64,000 nucleotides of DNA from Candidatus Eiseniibacteriota bacterium (GCA_038231135.1 JBBRLX010000019.1:10176-74175); one strand, 5' to 3'; positions 18,861 to 29,566 are shown, counted from the first letter of the stretch. Notes: generated from the letters alone by a model not told the origin. Numbers and translations: made by a program.

Positions 18861-21800
18861 ATGAAGCGCGGGCCGCACCCCTTCACGGCACTGCTCGCCA
18901 CGGCCATGGCCCTGGCCGCATGGGCGCACTCCGCGAGTGCGCGGGACGCATCCGGTCGCTCGTCCCCTGCCGTTGCTCCGGTGTTGTCCAACGCGTCCAC
19001 AGTCGAAATCGCCCCAGGGGTCAACGGTCTGACCGCGACCGCCTGGCACCAGGCCGACGCCGCGACGGAAGCGAAAGTGTCCGGGTGGACGGATCAACTG
19101 AGGTCCGGATGGATTCCCAATCTGGGCCAGATCACGGACACCGGGGGACATGGCGCCCCGAATATCCTCTACACCACGAGCGTCCGCGGCGCGCAGGTCT
19201 ACGTGACCACCACCGGGATCTCGCAATACTTCTTCGCGCACGACGATGACGTGGACGCGGACGCCGCCGGCCCGGCGGCCAAGCGCGGCGCGCGCAAACC
19301 GGCAGCGCCGGCCGGACCGATCCGCTGGTGCCGGGTCGACCTCGACTTGAAAGGGGCCGCGATCCGCCCCGACCACGTCCGGCTCGAGGATCCGCTCTAC
19401 GATCAGGGGGCCACGAACTACTACCTGCCACACTGTCCGGCCGGCGTGCTCGACGTGCCCACCTACGGCAAGGTCACGTTCCTCGACGTCTATCCCGGCA
19501 TCGACTGGGTCGTGCTGAGCAAGCCCGGCGAGGGCGTGCACCACGACTTCATCGTGCACCCCGGCGCCGACGCTTCGAGAATTCGTCTGCAATACACCGG
19601 CGCGCGTTCCATCGAGCTGTCGGACGATCGGCGCGCGCTGCGCATCCGCACACCACTGGGAGAGGTGCGGGAGGGCGCACTCAACTGCTGGCAGGGCGAG
19701 GGGCGCCAGCCGATCGGCGCCCGGTTCCGCGTCGACGGCAACGTGGCATCGCTGCTCGTCGAACCCTACGATCACGCGGCGCCGCTGGTGATCGACCCGC
19801 CGCTCGTGTGGTCCACCTATTACGGCGGCAGCAACAGCTACGACGGTCCGCGCACGATCTACTGCGACAATGTGAACGACGACGTGTACGTCGTCGGCTA
19901 CACCGCCTCGACGAATCTTCCACTGCAGAACCTGGCGGGCGCCTTCTACCAGGGCACCATCGCCGGCAATCAGGACGCGTTCATCTGGAAGTTCAGCCAG
20001 CTCGGCGTGCGCAAGTGGGCGACCTATTACGGTGGAACGGGCATCGAGACCGGGGAGGACTGCACGCTCGACGCGTCCGGGAATCTCTATGTGTGCGGTT
20101 ACACGACTTCCACGGACTTCCCCACGCAGGCACTCGGCGGCGCCTACAATCAGCCCGCGAGCGGCGGCGGCGGCGACGGGTTCATCGTCGAGTTCAACGC
20201 CGCCGGTGTGCGGCAGTGGGCCACCTATTACGGCGGCGACGGCAGCGATCAGGCCACCGGCATCACGACCGACGCGAGCGGCAAGGTCTACGTGTGCGGC
20301 GTCACGGGCTCGACCAACCTGCCGCTTGCGAATCCGGGCGGGGGTGCGTACTTCCAGACGTCCGCCAATGGGTCCGAGGACGCGTTCGTCCTGAGATTCA
20401 GCCCGCTCGGAGTGCTGGAGTGGGGCACCTACTTCGGCGGCAAGAATGGCCTCGACGAGGCCTACGGGATCACGACGTCGCCCACCAGCGTCTACGTCAC
20501 GGGGTATACCCAGTCCGCGTTCTATCCCACGCTGAACCCGGGCGGCGGCGCGTATTTTCAAGGTGCGCTGGCGGGCGACCAGGATGTCTTCATCTCGAGG
20601 TTCACGCTGGCCGGCGTGCAGACCTGGTCGACGTACTACGGCGGCGACGGCACCGACTACGGCGACGAACCGGTCGTCGACGCCAACGGGAACCTGTTCG
20701 TCGTCGGCTACACGAACTCCGCCAACTTCCCGACGGTCAATCCGGGTGGTACGGCGTATTACCAGCCCGCCCTGGCCGGCGAGCACGATCTGTTCATCCT
20801 CAAGTTCAGCAGTTCCGGCTCCACCCTGTGGGCGACTTACTATGGCGGCACCAGCTACGAGTTCCTCGAAGGCGGCGCCGGCAAACCCATCACACTCGAC
20901 GCGCAGGGCAGGGTGTACGTGACGGGGATGACCCAGTCGTCGGACTTCCCGGTCCTGAATCCCGGCGCCGGCTCCTACTACCAGGGAGCGAACGCCGGGT
21001 TCCGGGACGCCATCCTCGGGCAATTCACCAACACCGGCACGATGCTGTGGTCGACCTACTTCGGCAGCAACCAGCTCGACTTCGGCACCAGCGTGTCGAT
21101 CAGCAGCCATGGCTGCCTGTTCGCCACCGGCGAGTCGGTGGGCGCCGGCAACCTGACCACCGTAAATCCGGGTCTGGGTGCCTACTATCAGCCCGCGAAC
21201 GCGGGGTTCGATGACGGCTACATCGCGAAGTTCTGCTCGCCGAGCTCCGCGTGCTGCGTGGACTTCACGTGCGTGGCGGTCGAGTCGCAGAGCCAGTGCA
21301 CGGCGCTCGGGGGCACGGCGTTCTTTCCGAACCAGCCGTGCTCGACGACGGTGTGCAACACGCTGTGCAAGATCTGCGGCCGCAAGTTCAGCGACGTGAA
21401 TCGCAACGGCGTCCAGGACAACGGCGAGCCGGGGCTCGCCAACTGGACGATTCAGCTCGTCTATCCCAATGGCACGCTGTATGCCGCCATCACCACCGAC
21501 GCCCAGGGCAATTACTGCTTCAACAACATCCCGTGCGGCGCCTGGGAGGTGACCGAGGTGCAGCAGCCGAACTCGGTGCAGACGTTCCCGGCGCCCGCCG
21601 TCCACACGCTCAACCTCGGGACCGGCACCACGCAGAACGCTGTCGACTTCGGCAACTACGTGTGCACGTCGACCGTCGGCTGCTTCACGTGGCCGGCGGG
21701 GCTCGCGGCATGGTGGCCGTTCAACGACACTCCGGGCCCAACGACGGCGAGCGACGCCACGCACCTGAGCCCGCCGCGCAATGTGGCGCAACTGGTGGGC

Positions 21801-23411
21801 GCCGCCGCGAGCGGGGGATCGGCTCCCGGCGTGATCTGCGTGGCGACCGCCGCGGACTACGCGCGAGTGCCGAACGCGAACCAGCTCGGGCTCCAGTTCG
21901 CCGGCGGCCCGTTCGCGATCGCGGCCTGGCTCAATCCGGCCTCGAGCACCGCCGGTGCGCGCACGATCGTCGAAAAACGCGTGCTGCTGTCCGCGTCGGC
22001 CCATGAGACGCGCGGCTGGGCGCTATATCTCGATGGCCTCCAGAGCTACCTCGAGATCGGCACCGGCGGCACGCCGCAAGTGGTCGCGGGGCCGGTGCTG
22101 GCGGGGGATGTGTGGTCGCACCTCGCGGTGTCGGTCGACCGCGCGACGGGTCACGGCCAGTGGTATCTCAATGGCAGCCCGGTCCCCACGTTCGACTTCA
22201 CGCCCATCTCGGGGCTGGTGTCGTGCACCGCCGATCTCTACATCGGGCGTGTCAGCCCGGCGTTCGGCACCTCGTCCGGATTCCAGGGCTGTATCGGCGA
22301 CCTGGCGCTGTTCGCGACGCCGCTGAGTGCGGCGACGGTGAGCAAGGCCGCCGCGACCGGCCCGGGCGGCTGGTGCCCGGAATCGGCGCTGCTGCCGGCG
22401 GTGACGACGCTCTGCAAGACCCAGACGTCAGCCCAGGTATGCCTCAACATCTCGAACAACTACGGCACGCCGCAGAGCTATACCTGGTCGTTCGCCGGGT
22501 TGCCCGCAGGCCCGGGCTGCAGCGTGGCCGGTCCGACCGTGTTCAGCCCGTCCGGGGGCACCGTGATCGTACCGCCCGGCATCTCACCGCCGATCTGCGT
22601 GTCGATCGCGCGCCCGCTCGGCCTCACGGCGCAGAACGCCACCGCGTGCTTCGGGCTCACGTTCGTCAACAACGCCACCGGCACCTGCCGCACGACGACG
22701 GCCACGCTGCGCGCCGACAACAGCTGCTGGTGCGTGACGCCGCAGCAGGCGACCGTGGTGAGCGTGCCCGCGCGGGCGTCGGGTGCGGTGATCGGCATCG
22801 GCGTCGGCCACCCGTGCGACCCGGCGACGCTGGCCTACCGTCTGAGCGCAGTGTGGCTCGATCCGGACCATGAAGACCCGCTGGAGCTGAGCCTCGACGG
22901 CCTCGCGCCGGGGACGCCGGTGACCGGCACCGTGACCGCGGGACCGGGCGCGGACCAGCAACTCGCGGTGACGGCGAGCCTCCCCAACGGCTACGACCCC
23001 GCGGCGCGCTACGAGATCGTGCTCGAGGCCGACACGGACGGCGACGGCATCATGGAGCGGCTGTGCGGCACGCTGGTCGCCGCGACCTACGACAGCACGG
23101 AACGGGTCGGGGTGCCCGCAGGCATGCCGGCGCAGCGCAGTGCCGTGTTGCTCGCGAGCCCCAACCCATTCCTGGGCGGCTCGACGATCGCGTTCACGCT
23201 GGCGGCGGCGGAGCCGGTCGAACTCGGTGTCTACGATCTGAGCGGACGGCTGGTGCGCTCGCTGGAGCGCGGGCTGCTGACCGCCGGTCCGCATCGGTTC
23301 GACTGGAACGGCCGCGACGACGGCGGACGGCGCGCGGCCGCCGGCATCTACTTCGTCCACCTCGACGGCCCCGGCCGCCACCTCCAGGCGAAGCTGGTCA
23401 AGCTCCAGTAG
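18861..23411 (+). CDS. Large secreted protein: SBBP beta-propeller repeats, Cys-rich module, SdrD-B-like, LamG, Por-like tail (1,516 aa)
   Basis: GGAG RBS; signal peptide; PLVIDPPLVWSTYYGG; repeated W.TYYGG...D..GN.YV.GYT.S.DFP; GRKFSDVNRNGVQDNGEPGL; LamG; SPNPFLGG...AGIYFVHL. Confidence 0.9.
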   Translation: MKRGPHPFTALLATAMALAAWAHSASARDASGRSSPAVAPVLSNASTVEIAPGVNGLTATAWHQADAATEAKVSGWTDQLRSGWIPNLGQITDTGGHGAPNILYTTSVRGAQVYVTTTGISQYFFAHDDDVDADAAGPAAKRGARKPAAPAGPIRWCRVDLDLKGAAIRPDHVRLEDPLYDQGATNYYLPHCPAGVLDVPTYGKVTFLDVYPGIDWVVLSKPGEGVHHDFIVHPGADASRIRLQYTGARSIELSDDRRALRIRTPLGEVREGALNCWQGEGRQPIGARFRVDGNVASLLVEPYDHAAPLVIDPPLVWSTYYGGSNSYDGPRTIYCDNVNDDVYVVGYTASTNLPLQNLAGAFYQGTIAGNQDAFIWKFSQLGVRKWATYYGGTGIETGEDCTLDASGNLYVCGYTTSTDFPTQALGGAYNQPASGGGGDGFIVEFNAAGVRQWATYYGGDGSDQATGITTDASGKVYVCGVTGSTNLPLANPGGGAYFQTSANGSEDAFVLRFSPLGVLEWGTYFGGKNGLDEAYGITTSPTSVYVTGYTQSAFYPTLNPGGGAYFQGALAGDQDVFISRFTLAGVQTWSTYYGGDGTDYGDEPVVDANGNLFVVGYTNSANFPTVNPGGTAYYQPALAGEHDLFILKFSSSGSTLWATYYGGTSYEFLEGGAGKPITLDAQGRVYVTGMTQSSDFPVLNPGAGSYYQGANAGFRDAILGQFTNTGTMLWSTYFGSNQLDFGTSVSISSHGCLFATGESVGAGNLTTVNPGLGAYYQPANAGFDDGYIAKFCSPSSACCVDFTCVAVESQSQCTALGGTAFFPNQPCSTTVCNTLCKICGRKFSDVNRNGVQDNGEPGLANWTIQLVYPNGTLYAAITTDAQGNYCFNNIPCGAWEVTEVQQPNSVQTFPAPAVHTLNLGTGTTQNAVDFGNYVCTSTVGCFTWPAGLAAWWPFNDTPGPTTASDATHLSPPRNVAQLVGAAASGGSAPGVICVATAADYARVPNANQLGLQFAGGPFAIAAWLNPASSTAGARTIVEKRVLLSASAHETRGWALYLDGLQSYLEIGTGGTPQVVAGPVLAGDVWSHLAVSVDRATGHGQWYLNGSPVPTFDFTPISGLVSCTADLYIGRVSPAFGTSSGFQGCIGDLALFATPLSAATVSKAAATGPGGWCPESALLPAVTTLCKTQTSAQVCLNISNNYGTPQSYTWSFAGLPAGPGCSVAGPTVFSPSGGTVIVPPGISPPICVSIARPLGLTAQNATACFGLTFVNNATGTCRTTTATLRADNSCWCVTPQQATVVSVPARASGAVIGIGVGHPCDPATLAYRLSAVWLDPDHEDPLELSLDGLAPGTPVTGTVTAGPGADQQLAVTASLPNGYDPAARYEIVLEADTDGDGIMERLCGTLVAATYDSTERVGVPAGMPAQRSAVLLASPNPFLGGSTIAFTLAAAEPVELGVYDLSGRLVRSLERGLLTAGPHRFDWNGRDDGGRRAAAGIYFVHLDGPGRHLQAKLVKLQ

Positions 23412-24202
23412 TGCGAACGGCTCCCCGCCTCGGTGCTGCGCCGCTGGTTCGCGGTGTCTTCCGGTTCGTGCTGGACTGGCTGCCGGTGTTCATCGTGCTG
23501 TTCGCGTACGACGCGATCCACAACCGGCTCGGCGCGTTCCTGCCCGCGGCGCACACGCTGCCCCAGATCCACGCCGACGAAGCACTGTTCGGCGCGCCGA
23601 TTCCGACCCTCCGGCTGCAACGGGCGTTCTACGCTCCCGGCCGTCCTCATGCGTGGGATTTCGCGGCGCTGGCCATCTACATGTCGCACTTCTTCGTCTC
23701 GGTCGTGATCGCGCTCGCGTTGTGGGTCCGCACGCGCGCGCGGTATCTGAAGTTCATGACGTGGTTCGTCGTCATGACCACGCTCGGTTACATCACGTAT
23801 GTATTTTATCCGGCGGTGCCACCGTGGCTCGCGAGCCAGCGCGGCGCCCTCGCGCCGACGCATCGGCTGGTGCTCGAGGTGTGGGAACACCTTGGTCAGC
23901 ACGCGATCGCCCAGACGTTCTCCGGCAGCAATGTGTACGCGAACGATGTCGCCGCGATTCCGTCGCTGCACGCGGCGTATCCCGTGATGATCGCCATGTT
24001 CTTCTGGTCGGGAGCGCGGCCTGCGGCGAGGGCCTTGCTGGCGCTCTATGCGGTGAGCATGGCGCTGGTCCTCGTCTACTCCGCCGAGCACTATGTCGTG
24101 GACATCCTGCTGGGCTGGCTGTACGCCGTGGGTACGGCGCTCGTGATGCAGCGGCTGTGGCCGCGAGCCCGGCGGGACCTCGCCCCGGGCAGGTCGCGTT
24201 GA
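23411..24202 (+). CDS. PAP2-superfamily membrane protein (IPC-synthase/Aur1-like, PAP2_3)
   Basis: YPAVPPW, AAIPSLHAAY and EHYVVDILLG motifs. Start uncertain (GTG overlapping the upstream TAG). Confidence 0.85.
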   Translation: MRTAPRLGAAPLVRGVFRFVLDWLPVFIVLFAYDAIHNRLGAFLPAAHTLPQIHADEALFGAPIPTLRLQRAFYAPGRPHAWDFAALAIYMSHFFVSVVIALALWVRTRARYLKFMTWFVVMTTLGYITYVFYPAVPPWLASQRGALAPTHRLVLEVWEHLGQHAIAQTFSGSNVYANDVAAIPSLHAAYPVMIAMFFWSGARPAARALLALYAVSMALVLVYSAEHYVVDILLGWLYAVGTALVMQRLWPRARRDLAPGRSR

Positions 24203-24334
24203 GTGCCGCAGCGGAATCGGCGATGCTTCGGCCGCTCCGGTGTCCCGGGCCCCTCCACCGGGTATGCTGACGCTCGGGACGCCCGCGCCGCTTCGCTGAT
24301 CCTGCTTCGAACCTCCTCCCAGGGAACGCCGACC

Positions 24335-26716
24335 ATGTCACTCGCAGCCGGTACCCGCCTCGGCCCCTACGAGATCATCGCCCCGCTCGGCGCGGGCGGC
24401 ATGGGCGAGGTGTATCGCGCGCGCGATACGCGGCTGCAGCGCGACGTCGCGATCAAGGGTCTGCCCGAGGCGTTCGCGCAGCATCCCGAGCGGCTGGCGC
24501 GCTTCGAACGCGAGGCAAGATTGCTCGCGGCTCTCAGCCACCCGAACATCGGGGGCATCTTCGGGCTTGAAGAGTCCGGAGGCACGCCGTGGCTGGTGCT
24601 CGAGCTGGTCGAAGGCGAAACCCTGGCGCAGCGCCTCGCCCGCGGCCCGCTGCCGGTGCGCGAGGCGCTCGACATCGGCGGTCAGATCGCCGCGGGCATC
24701 GAGGCCGCCCACGAGCGCGGGATCGTGCATCGCGACCTCAAGCCGGGCAACGTCATGATCACCCCGTCCCGCGTCGTGAAGGTGCTCGACTTCGGCCTCG
24801 CCAAGGGCGGCGCCACCGAGGCCGCGTCGTCCTCCGATCTGTCGGTGTCGCCCACCATGGCGCTGTCGGGAACCAGCGCCGGCGTCCTGCTGGGGACGGC
24901 GTCCTACATGTGCCCCGAGCAGGCCCGCGGCCGCCCGGTCGACCGGCGCGCCGACGTGTGGGCGTTCGGCTGCGTGCTGTTCGAATGCCTGAGCGGACGC
25001 CAGGCGTTCGGCGGCGAGACCGTGTCCGACGTGATCGCGCGGGTGCTCGAGCGCGAGCCCGAATGGAACGCGCTGCCCTCGACCGTTCCCGCGCGGCTGC
25101 GCGACGTGATCCGGCGCTGCCTCACCAAGGACGCCGACGAGCGCCCGCGCGACATCGGCGACCTGCGCCGCGAACTGAGTGCGATCGGTCTCGATCTGTC
25201 GTCGCATTCCGGCCTCCATCCGTCGCCGGCCGCAGCCGTGCCGTCGCTCGCCGTGCTGTACTTCGAGAACCTGGCGAGCGACAAGGACAGCGAGTACTTC
25301 TGTGCCGGGATCACCGAGGACATCCTGACCGATCTGTCGAAGATCAAGGGCCTGCGCGTGGCGTCGCGCAACGCAGTCGCCCGCTATCGCGGCGCTCCTG
25401 CGGACATTCCGAAGATCGCCGCCGATCTCGGCGTCGGGGCCGTGCTCGAGGGCAGCGTGCGGCGGGCCGGCGATCGGGTGCGCATCTCCGCCCAGCTCAT
25501 CAACGCCGTGGACGGCTTCCACCTGTGGGCCGAACGCTACGACCGCACGCTGGAGGACGTGTTCGCGGTACAGGAGGAGATCGCGTCGTCGATCGCGGGC
25601 GCCCTGCGCGTCGCGCTCACGCCGGCGGAGACCGCAAGTCTCGTCAAGGACCGGCCCGACGACGTTCGCGCGTACGACCTCTATCTCAAGGGCCGCGCCC
25701 TCTATGGCCGCTACACCGACGAGTCGCTGCACGAGGCCCAGGCCCTGTTCCGGCAGGCCATCGCGCTCGACCCGAACTACGCGCTGGCCTGGGCCGGAAT
25801 CGCCGACTGCTGCGGCCAGTTGTGTCAGTGGGGCAGGGATCCCGACGTTCCCGCCCTGACGACCTCGGGCCTCGAAGCCGCCCGCCACGCGATCGCGCTC
25901 AATCCCCACCTCGCGGAGGCGTTCAAGGCCGAGGCGATGAACCTACGGTTTGCGGGAGATCTCGAGGGTGCCCGCGTGGCGCTGGATCGGGCCATCGAGG
26001 CGAATCCCCGGTTCGTTCCCGCGCTCCTCAACCTCGCAGTGGATGCGTTTTGCCGAGCCGACATCGCGGCGACCGAGCGGCACGTGCGCCGCACACTCGA
26101 CATCGACCCCCAGGAAGCGTTCGCGTGCCTGTGGCTTGCGACCGTGACGGGCCATACCGGGCGGGGCGACGAGTCGATTGCCGCGGCACAACGCGCGCGC
26201 AGGCTGTCGGACGATTCATTTTACGTCAGCTCCTACCACTCGACGCGTGCCTGGATCCAGCTCGGGCGCGGCGATCTCCCGGCGGCGGCGCAGGCTCTGC
26301 AGGATGGCGCGGCCGACGGGGCGCGGCCGAAGGACCAGCTGGCGATCGAGGCCGCCATTACGGTGCGCGCCGGGCGCGTCGATCAGGCACGGGTGCAGAT
26401 TCACGAACTGGCCGCGACGCCCGGCCTGCTGGGCATCAGCATGATGTTGGCGGCAGGCGCCGCACTCCGCGCGGGCGAACTCGAGATGGCCAAGAGCTTC
26501 CTCGCGCGTCAGCTGGTGAGAGACCTGGCACCCGTATTCGCACGGCTCGACGCCGAGCTGCATCCGCTGCTCGATCACGCCCCGCTCGCGCCGCGGCGCT
26601 GGGATGCGACGCTGGTGTGGCCGCTCGAAGCCCCGATGATCGATGCCGCCCGCCATCGGCTGTTCCGAGAGGTGCGCATCGAATCGGGACTGCCGCAGGG
26701 CAGCGACGTGAAGTAA
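24335..26716 (+). CDS. Ser/Thr protein kinase with TolB-N-like and TPR domains
   Basis: [50 protein letters not shown]...EGSVRRAGDRVRI; TPRs; no TM segment seen. Confidence 0.93.
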   Translation: MSLAAGTRLGPYEIIAPLGAGGMGEVYRARDTRLQRDVAIKGLPEAFAQHPERLARFEREARLLAALSHPNIGGIFGLEESGGTPWLVLELVEGETLAQRLARGPLPVREALDIGGQIAAGIEAAHERGIVHRDLKPGNVMITPSRVVKVLDFGLAKGGATEAASSSDLSVSPTMALSGTSAGVLLGTASYMCPEQARGRPVDRRADVWAFGCVLFECLSGRQAFGGETVSDVIARVLEREPEWNALPSTVPARLRDVIRRCLTKDADERPRDIGDLRRELSAIGLDLSSHSGLHPSPAAAVPSLAVLYFENLASDKDSEYFCAGITEDILTDLSKIKGLRVASRNAVARYRGAPADIPKIAADLGVGAVLEGSVRRAGDRVRISAQLINAVDGFHLWAERYDRTLEDVFAVQEEIASSIAGALRVALTPAETASLVKDRPDDVRAYDLYLKGRALYGRYTDESLHEAQALFRQAIALDPNYALAWAGIADCCGQLCQWGRDPDVPALTTSGLEAARHAIALNPHLAEAFKAEAMNLRFAGDLEGARVALDRAIEANPRFVPALLNLAVDAFCRADIAATERHVRRTLDIDPQEAFACLWLATVTGHTGRGDESIAAAQRARRLSDDSFYVSSYHSTRAWIQLGRGDLPAAAQALQDGAADGARPKDQLAIEAAITVRAGRVDQARVQIHELAATPGLLGISMMLAAGAALRAGELEMAKSFLARQLVRDLAPVFARLDAELHPLLDHAPLAPRRWDATLVWPLEAPMIDAARHRLFREVRIESGLPQGSDVK

Positions 26717-26787
26717 GGCGGTCGCATGGTGAGCCCGTCCGGGCTCGACTTCCAACCTCAGAATCCGCGCGCGCGGGGGCAGGCGTC

Positions 26788-27150
26788 ATGGTCGGTATCA
26801 CGGTGACGGGAGAGACGGCGACGTTCGAGGTCCAGAGCTGGGACAAGTTCTGGGCGCTGCGGAGCCGGCTCGAGATTCCGCTGGCGCACATCCGCGGGGT
26901 GCGCTCCGACACAGAGGCGGCGCGCGGCTGGTGGCATGGCCTCAAGCTGCCGGGCACCAACGTGCCGGGCGTGATCACGGCGGGGACGTTCTACCAGCAC
27001 GGCAAACGGGTGTTCTGGGACGTGCATGACCCCGACCGCACGATCGTCGTCGAGCTCGCCCACGAGAGCTACGACGAGCTGATCATCGAAGTCGCCGATC
27101 CCGATGCCGCGATCGCCCTGCTGCAGGAGAATCTCGGGGGCCGCATCTAG
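26788..27150 (+). CDS. Conserved hypothetical protein (PH-like fold)
   Basis: WDKFWALRSRLEIPLAHI...PGTNVPGVITAGTFYQHGKRVFWDVHDP is a recognisable small-protein pattern. Confidence 0.8.
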   Translation: MVGITVTGETATFEVQSWDKFWALRSRLEIPLAHIRGVRSDTEAARGWWHGLKLPGTNVPGVITAGTFYQHGKRVFWDVHDPDRTIVVELAHESYDELIIEVADPDAAIALLQENLGGRI

Positions 27151-27192
27151 CGCGGTGCCTCGCCCTTCACGCGACCGCCGGCCGGCCGCTCG

Positions 27193-28434
27193 CTAGCGAA
27201 GGCGCAGCACCACCCCCGAGCCGAGCGCCATCATGAGCGCCGCGTAGCCGAAGCCCCACAGGGGATGGAGCGTCCACAGCACGCCGACGAGTGCGCTCGA
27301 CACGAGGTCGCCCAAGCCGTTCACCGTGCCCAGCACGCCATATGCCGTGCCCCGCACCTCGACAGAGGAGAAATCGGCCAGCATGGCGTCCTCCATGGTG
27401 TCCACGATGCCGACCATGACGCCGGCCGACGCGAATACGATGGCCAGTCCCGAAATCCCCGCATGTCGATGCGCGAGCATGATCCCGAGCGTCAGACTGA
27501 CGCCGGCCCCGAGCAGGTACCCGAACGCGAGCAAGGGTCGCCGGCCGATGCGGTCGCTCAGCGCCCCGACCGGGAACGGCGCCAGGGCATAGGTGATGTT
27601 GTGGAGCGCGTAGAGCAGGCCCGCGGCGGCCGACGCCTTGAGTGTGCCGAGCGACGGCGTCAGCAATTGAATGGCCGCCAGGATGATGAGGGTGTGGGAG
27701 AAGTCCCCGAGGCCGAAAATCCCGATGCCCACCATGGCGCGCCGCAGACTTCCTGGCAGGTTACGAATCGTGGTCCAGAACGGCAGCGTGTGATTGGGCG
27801 AACGGCGGCGTTCGCGTACGACGAGCGCAAACACCAGCGCGCCTCCCAGACCGGGGATGGCGGTGAACAGAAAGATCGTCCGGAACGCGCGGGTCGGGTC
27901 GCCCGAAAAGCGCGCGTGGAGCAACGGCAGCAACGCCACCGCCAGCAGCGGCCCGAGCACGGCGCCGAGCGTGTCGCCCGCGCGATGGAACCCGAACGCC
28001 TTGCCGCGATGCTCAGGCGCGACCGAATCCGCAAGCATCGCGGACCGCAGCGGCCCGCGAATCCCGCGCCCGAACCAGCCCACCACCCGGCCCAGCAGCA
28101 CGATGCCCCAGCCGTTGGCGAGGGCGAAGATCGCCTGGGAGGCGCCGGTCAGCGCGTAGCCCCCGACGGTGATCGCCTTGCGGTGCCCCAACCGGTCCGA
28201 CAGCCAGCCGGTGCCGAGCTTGACGAAGCTCGACGTGGCATCGGCCACCCCTTCGATCAGGCCGAGCGCCGCGGGCGCGACGCCGAGCGACGCGAGGAAC
28301 GCCGGCAGGATCGACGTGGCCATCTCGTGACCGACGTCCGACAGGAAGCTCGTCACCGTCATCCCGACGACGTTGCGATTCAGCCACCCCGTCGGGGGAG
28401 CGGGTTCGGCCGCATTTGACTCGCGATCGATCAT
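27193..28434 (-). CDS. MFS transporter
   Basis: About 12 TM segments; GWLSDRLGHRK and GALSDRIGRR motif-A copies. Confidence 0.92.
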   Translation of the reverse strand: MIDRESNAAEPAPPTGWLNRNVVGMTVTSFLSDVGHEMATSILPAFLASLGVAPAALGLIEGVADATSSFVKLGTGWLSDRLGHRKAITVGGYALTGASQAIFALANGWGIVLLGRVVGWFGRGIRGPLRSAMLADSVAPEHRGKAFGFHRAGDTLGAVLGPLLAVALLPLLHARFSGDPTRAFRTIFLFTAIPGLGGALVFALVVRERRRSPNHTLPFWTTIRNLPGSLRRAMVGIGIFGLGDFSHTLIILAAIQLLTPSLGTLKASAAAGLLYALHNITYALAPFPVGALSDRIGRRPLLAFGYLLGAGVSLTLGIMLAHRHAGISGLAIVFASAGVMVGIVDTMEDAMLADFSSVEVRGTAYGVLGTVNGLGDLVSSALVGVLWTLHPLWGFGYAALMMALGSGVVLRLR

Positions 28435-28909
28435 CGAAGGATGCCCGGCTTCACGTGTCTGTCAATCCCCCGAGGGGCGTTCGCCAGGCCCCTAATGCCC
28501 CGACGAGTCGCCGCGCCGGCCGGTCTCGAAGAGGAACCAGCTGCGGCGCTCTGCTCCTCTTGGATCGATGTGGGAACTGCCTGAAGGCCCCGACACTACT
28601 CGCCGGAAAGCAACTCGCAAAGATTCTTTAGGAACGTGCGAATCGCCAGAGGAAATGCCTGCCACTCGTCCTGCGAGACGCCTGCACCCACGGTTTGCGA
28701 GCAATTGAAAGAGCTGCGAGCCGTTGTTGCAATAGCCTGCACACGACGGGTGGCTGTTGCGCGGGACGTCGTGCGATTTGCACGCTTTCCGTGCAGAATC
28801 ACGCGGGGATCGGCCCCCCGGATCAAGGCATGCTCGATGCGGGGCGCTCGCCGGAGCGCCGCGTCCGCGGCGAACACCGCATCGAACCCTGAAACGAGGG
28901 CCAGGCACA

Positions 28910-29566
28910 ATGAACAAGTCCGACGTTCAGCTGAAACAGGACATCGAGAACGAGCTTCGCTGGGATCCCAGGGTCAACTCCGCCCAGATCGGCGTCAGCG
29001 TCGACAACGGCGCGGTTTCGTTGATGGGCGCGGTGGACACGTACGCGGCGAAGTGGGCCGTCGAGGATGCCACCAAGCGCGTCGGCGGGGTTCGCGATCT
29101 GGCGCAGGACCTGACCGTGAAGGCATTCGGACCCCATCAGCATTCGGACAGCGAGATCGCGGCCGCGGCGGGGAGCGCACTGGCGTGGGACGTGTGGGTG
29201 CCGCCCACCGTCACGGTGAAAGTGCATCAGGGTCAGGTGACGCTCGAAGGCCATGTCGAGTGGAACTACCAGCGCGACTCGGCGGAGCGTGCCGTCCGCT
29301 ACCTGAAGGGGATCCTGAACGTCATGAACCATATTGACCTGATGCCCAGCACGTCATCGGCCCAGGTGAAGGAGAAGGTCGAGGCCGCGCTGCAGCGCCA
29401 GGCAGAAGCCTATGCCCGCTCGATCCAGGTGGATAGCACCGGAGGCACGGTGACGCTGACCGGCCACGCGTCGAGCTGGCATGCCATCGAGGACGCCTCG
29501 GGTGCGGCATGGGCGGCGCCCGGCGTGACGATGGTCATCGAGAACGTCGCGGTCCACGGATCCTGA
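28910..29566 (+). CDS. BON-domain protein (3 BON domains, OsmY-like)
   Basis: SDVQLKQDIENELRWDP...VTLEGHVEWNYQR...AWAAPGV. Confidence 0.92.
   Translation: MNKSDVQLKQDIENELRWDPRVNSAQIGVSVDNGAVSLMGAVDTYAAKWAVEDATKRVGGVRDLAQDLTVKAFGPHQHSDSEIAAAAGSALAWDVWVPPTVTVKVHQGQVTLEGHVEWNYQRDSAERAVRYLKGILNVMNHIDLMPSTSSAQVKEKVEAALQRQAEAYARSIQVDSTGGTVTLTGHASSWHAIEDASGAAWAAPGVTMVIENVAVHGS

Noticed and set aside
28770..28800. Sigma54 promoter upstream of the BON gene
   Set aside because: Lacks the GG at -24 and the GG-N10-GC spacing.
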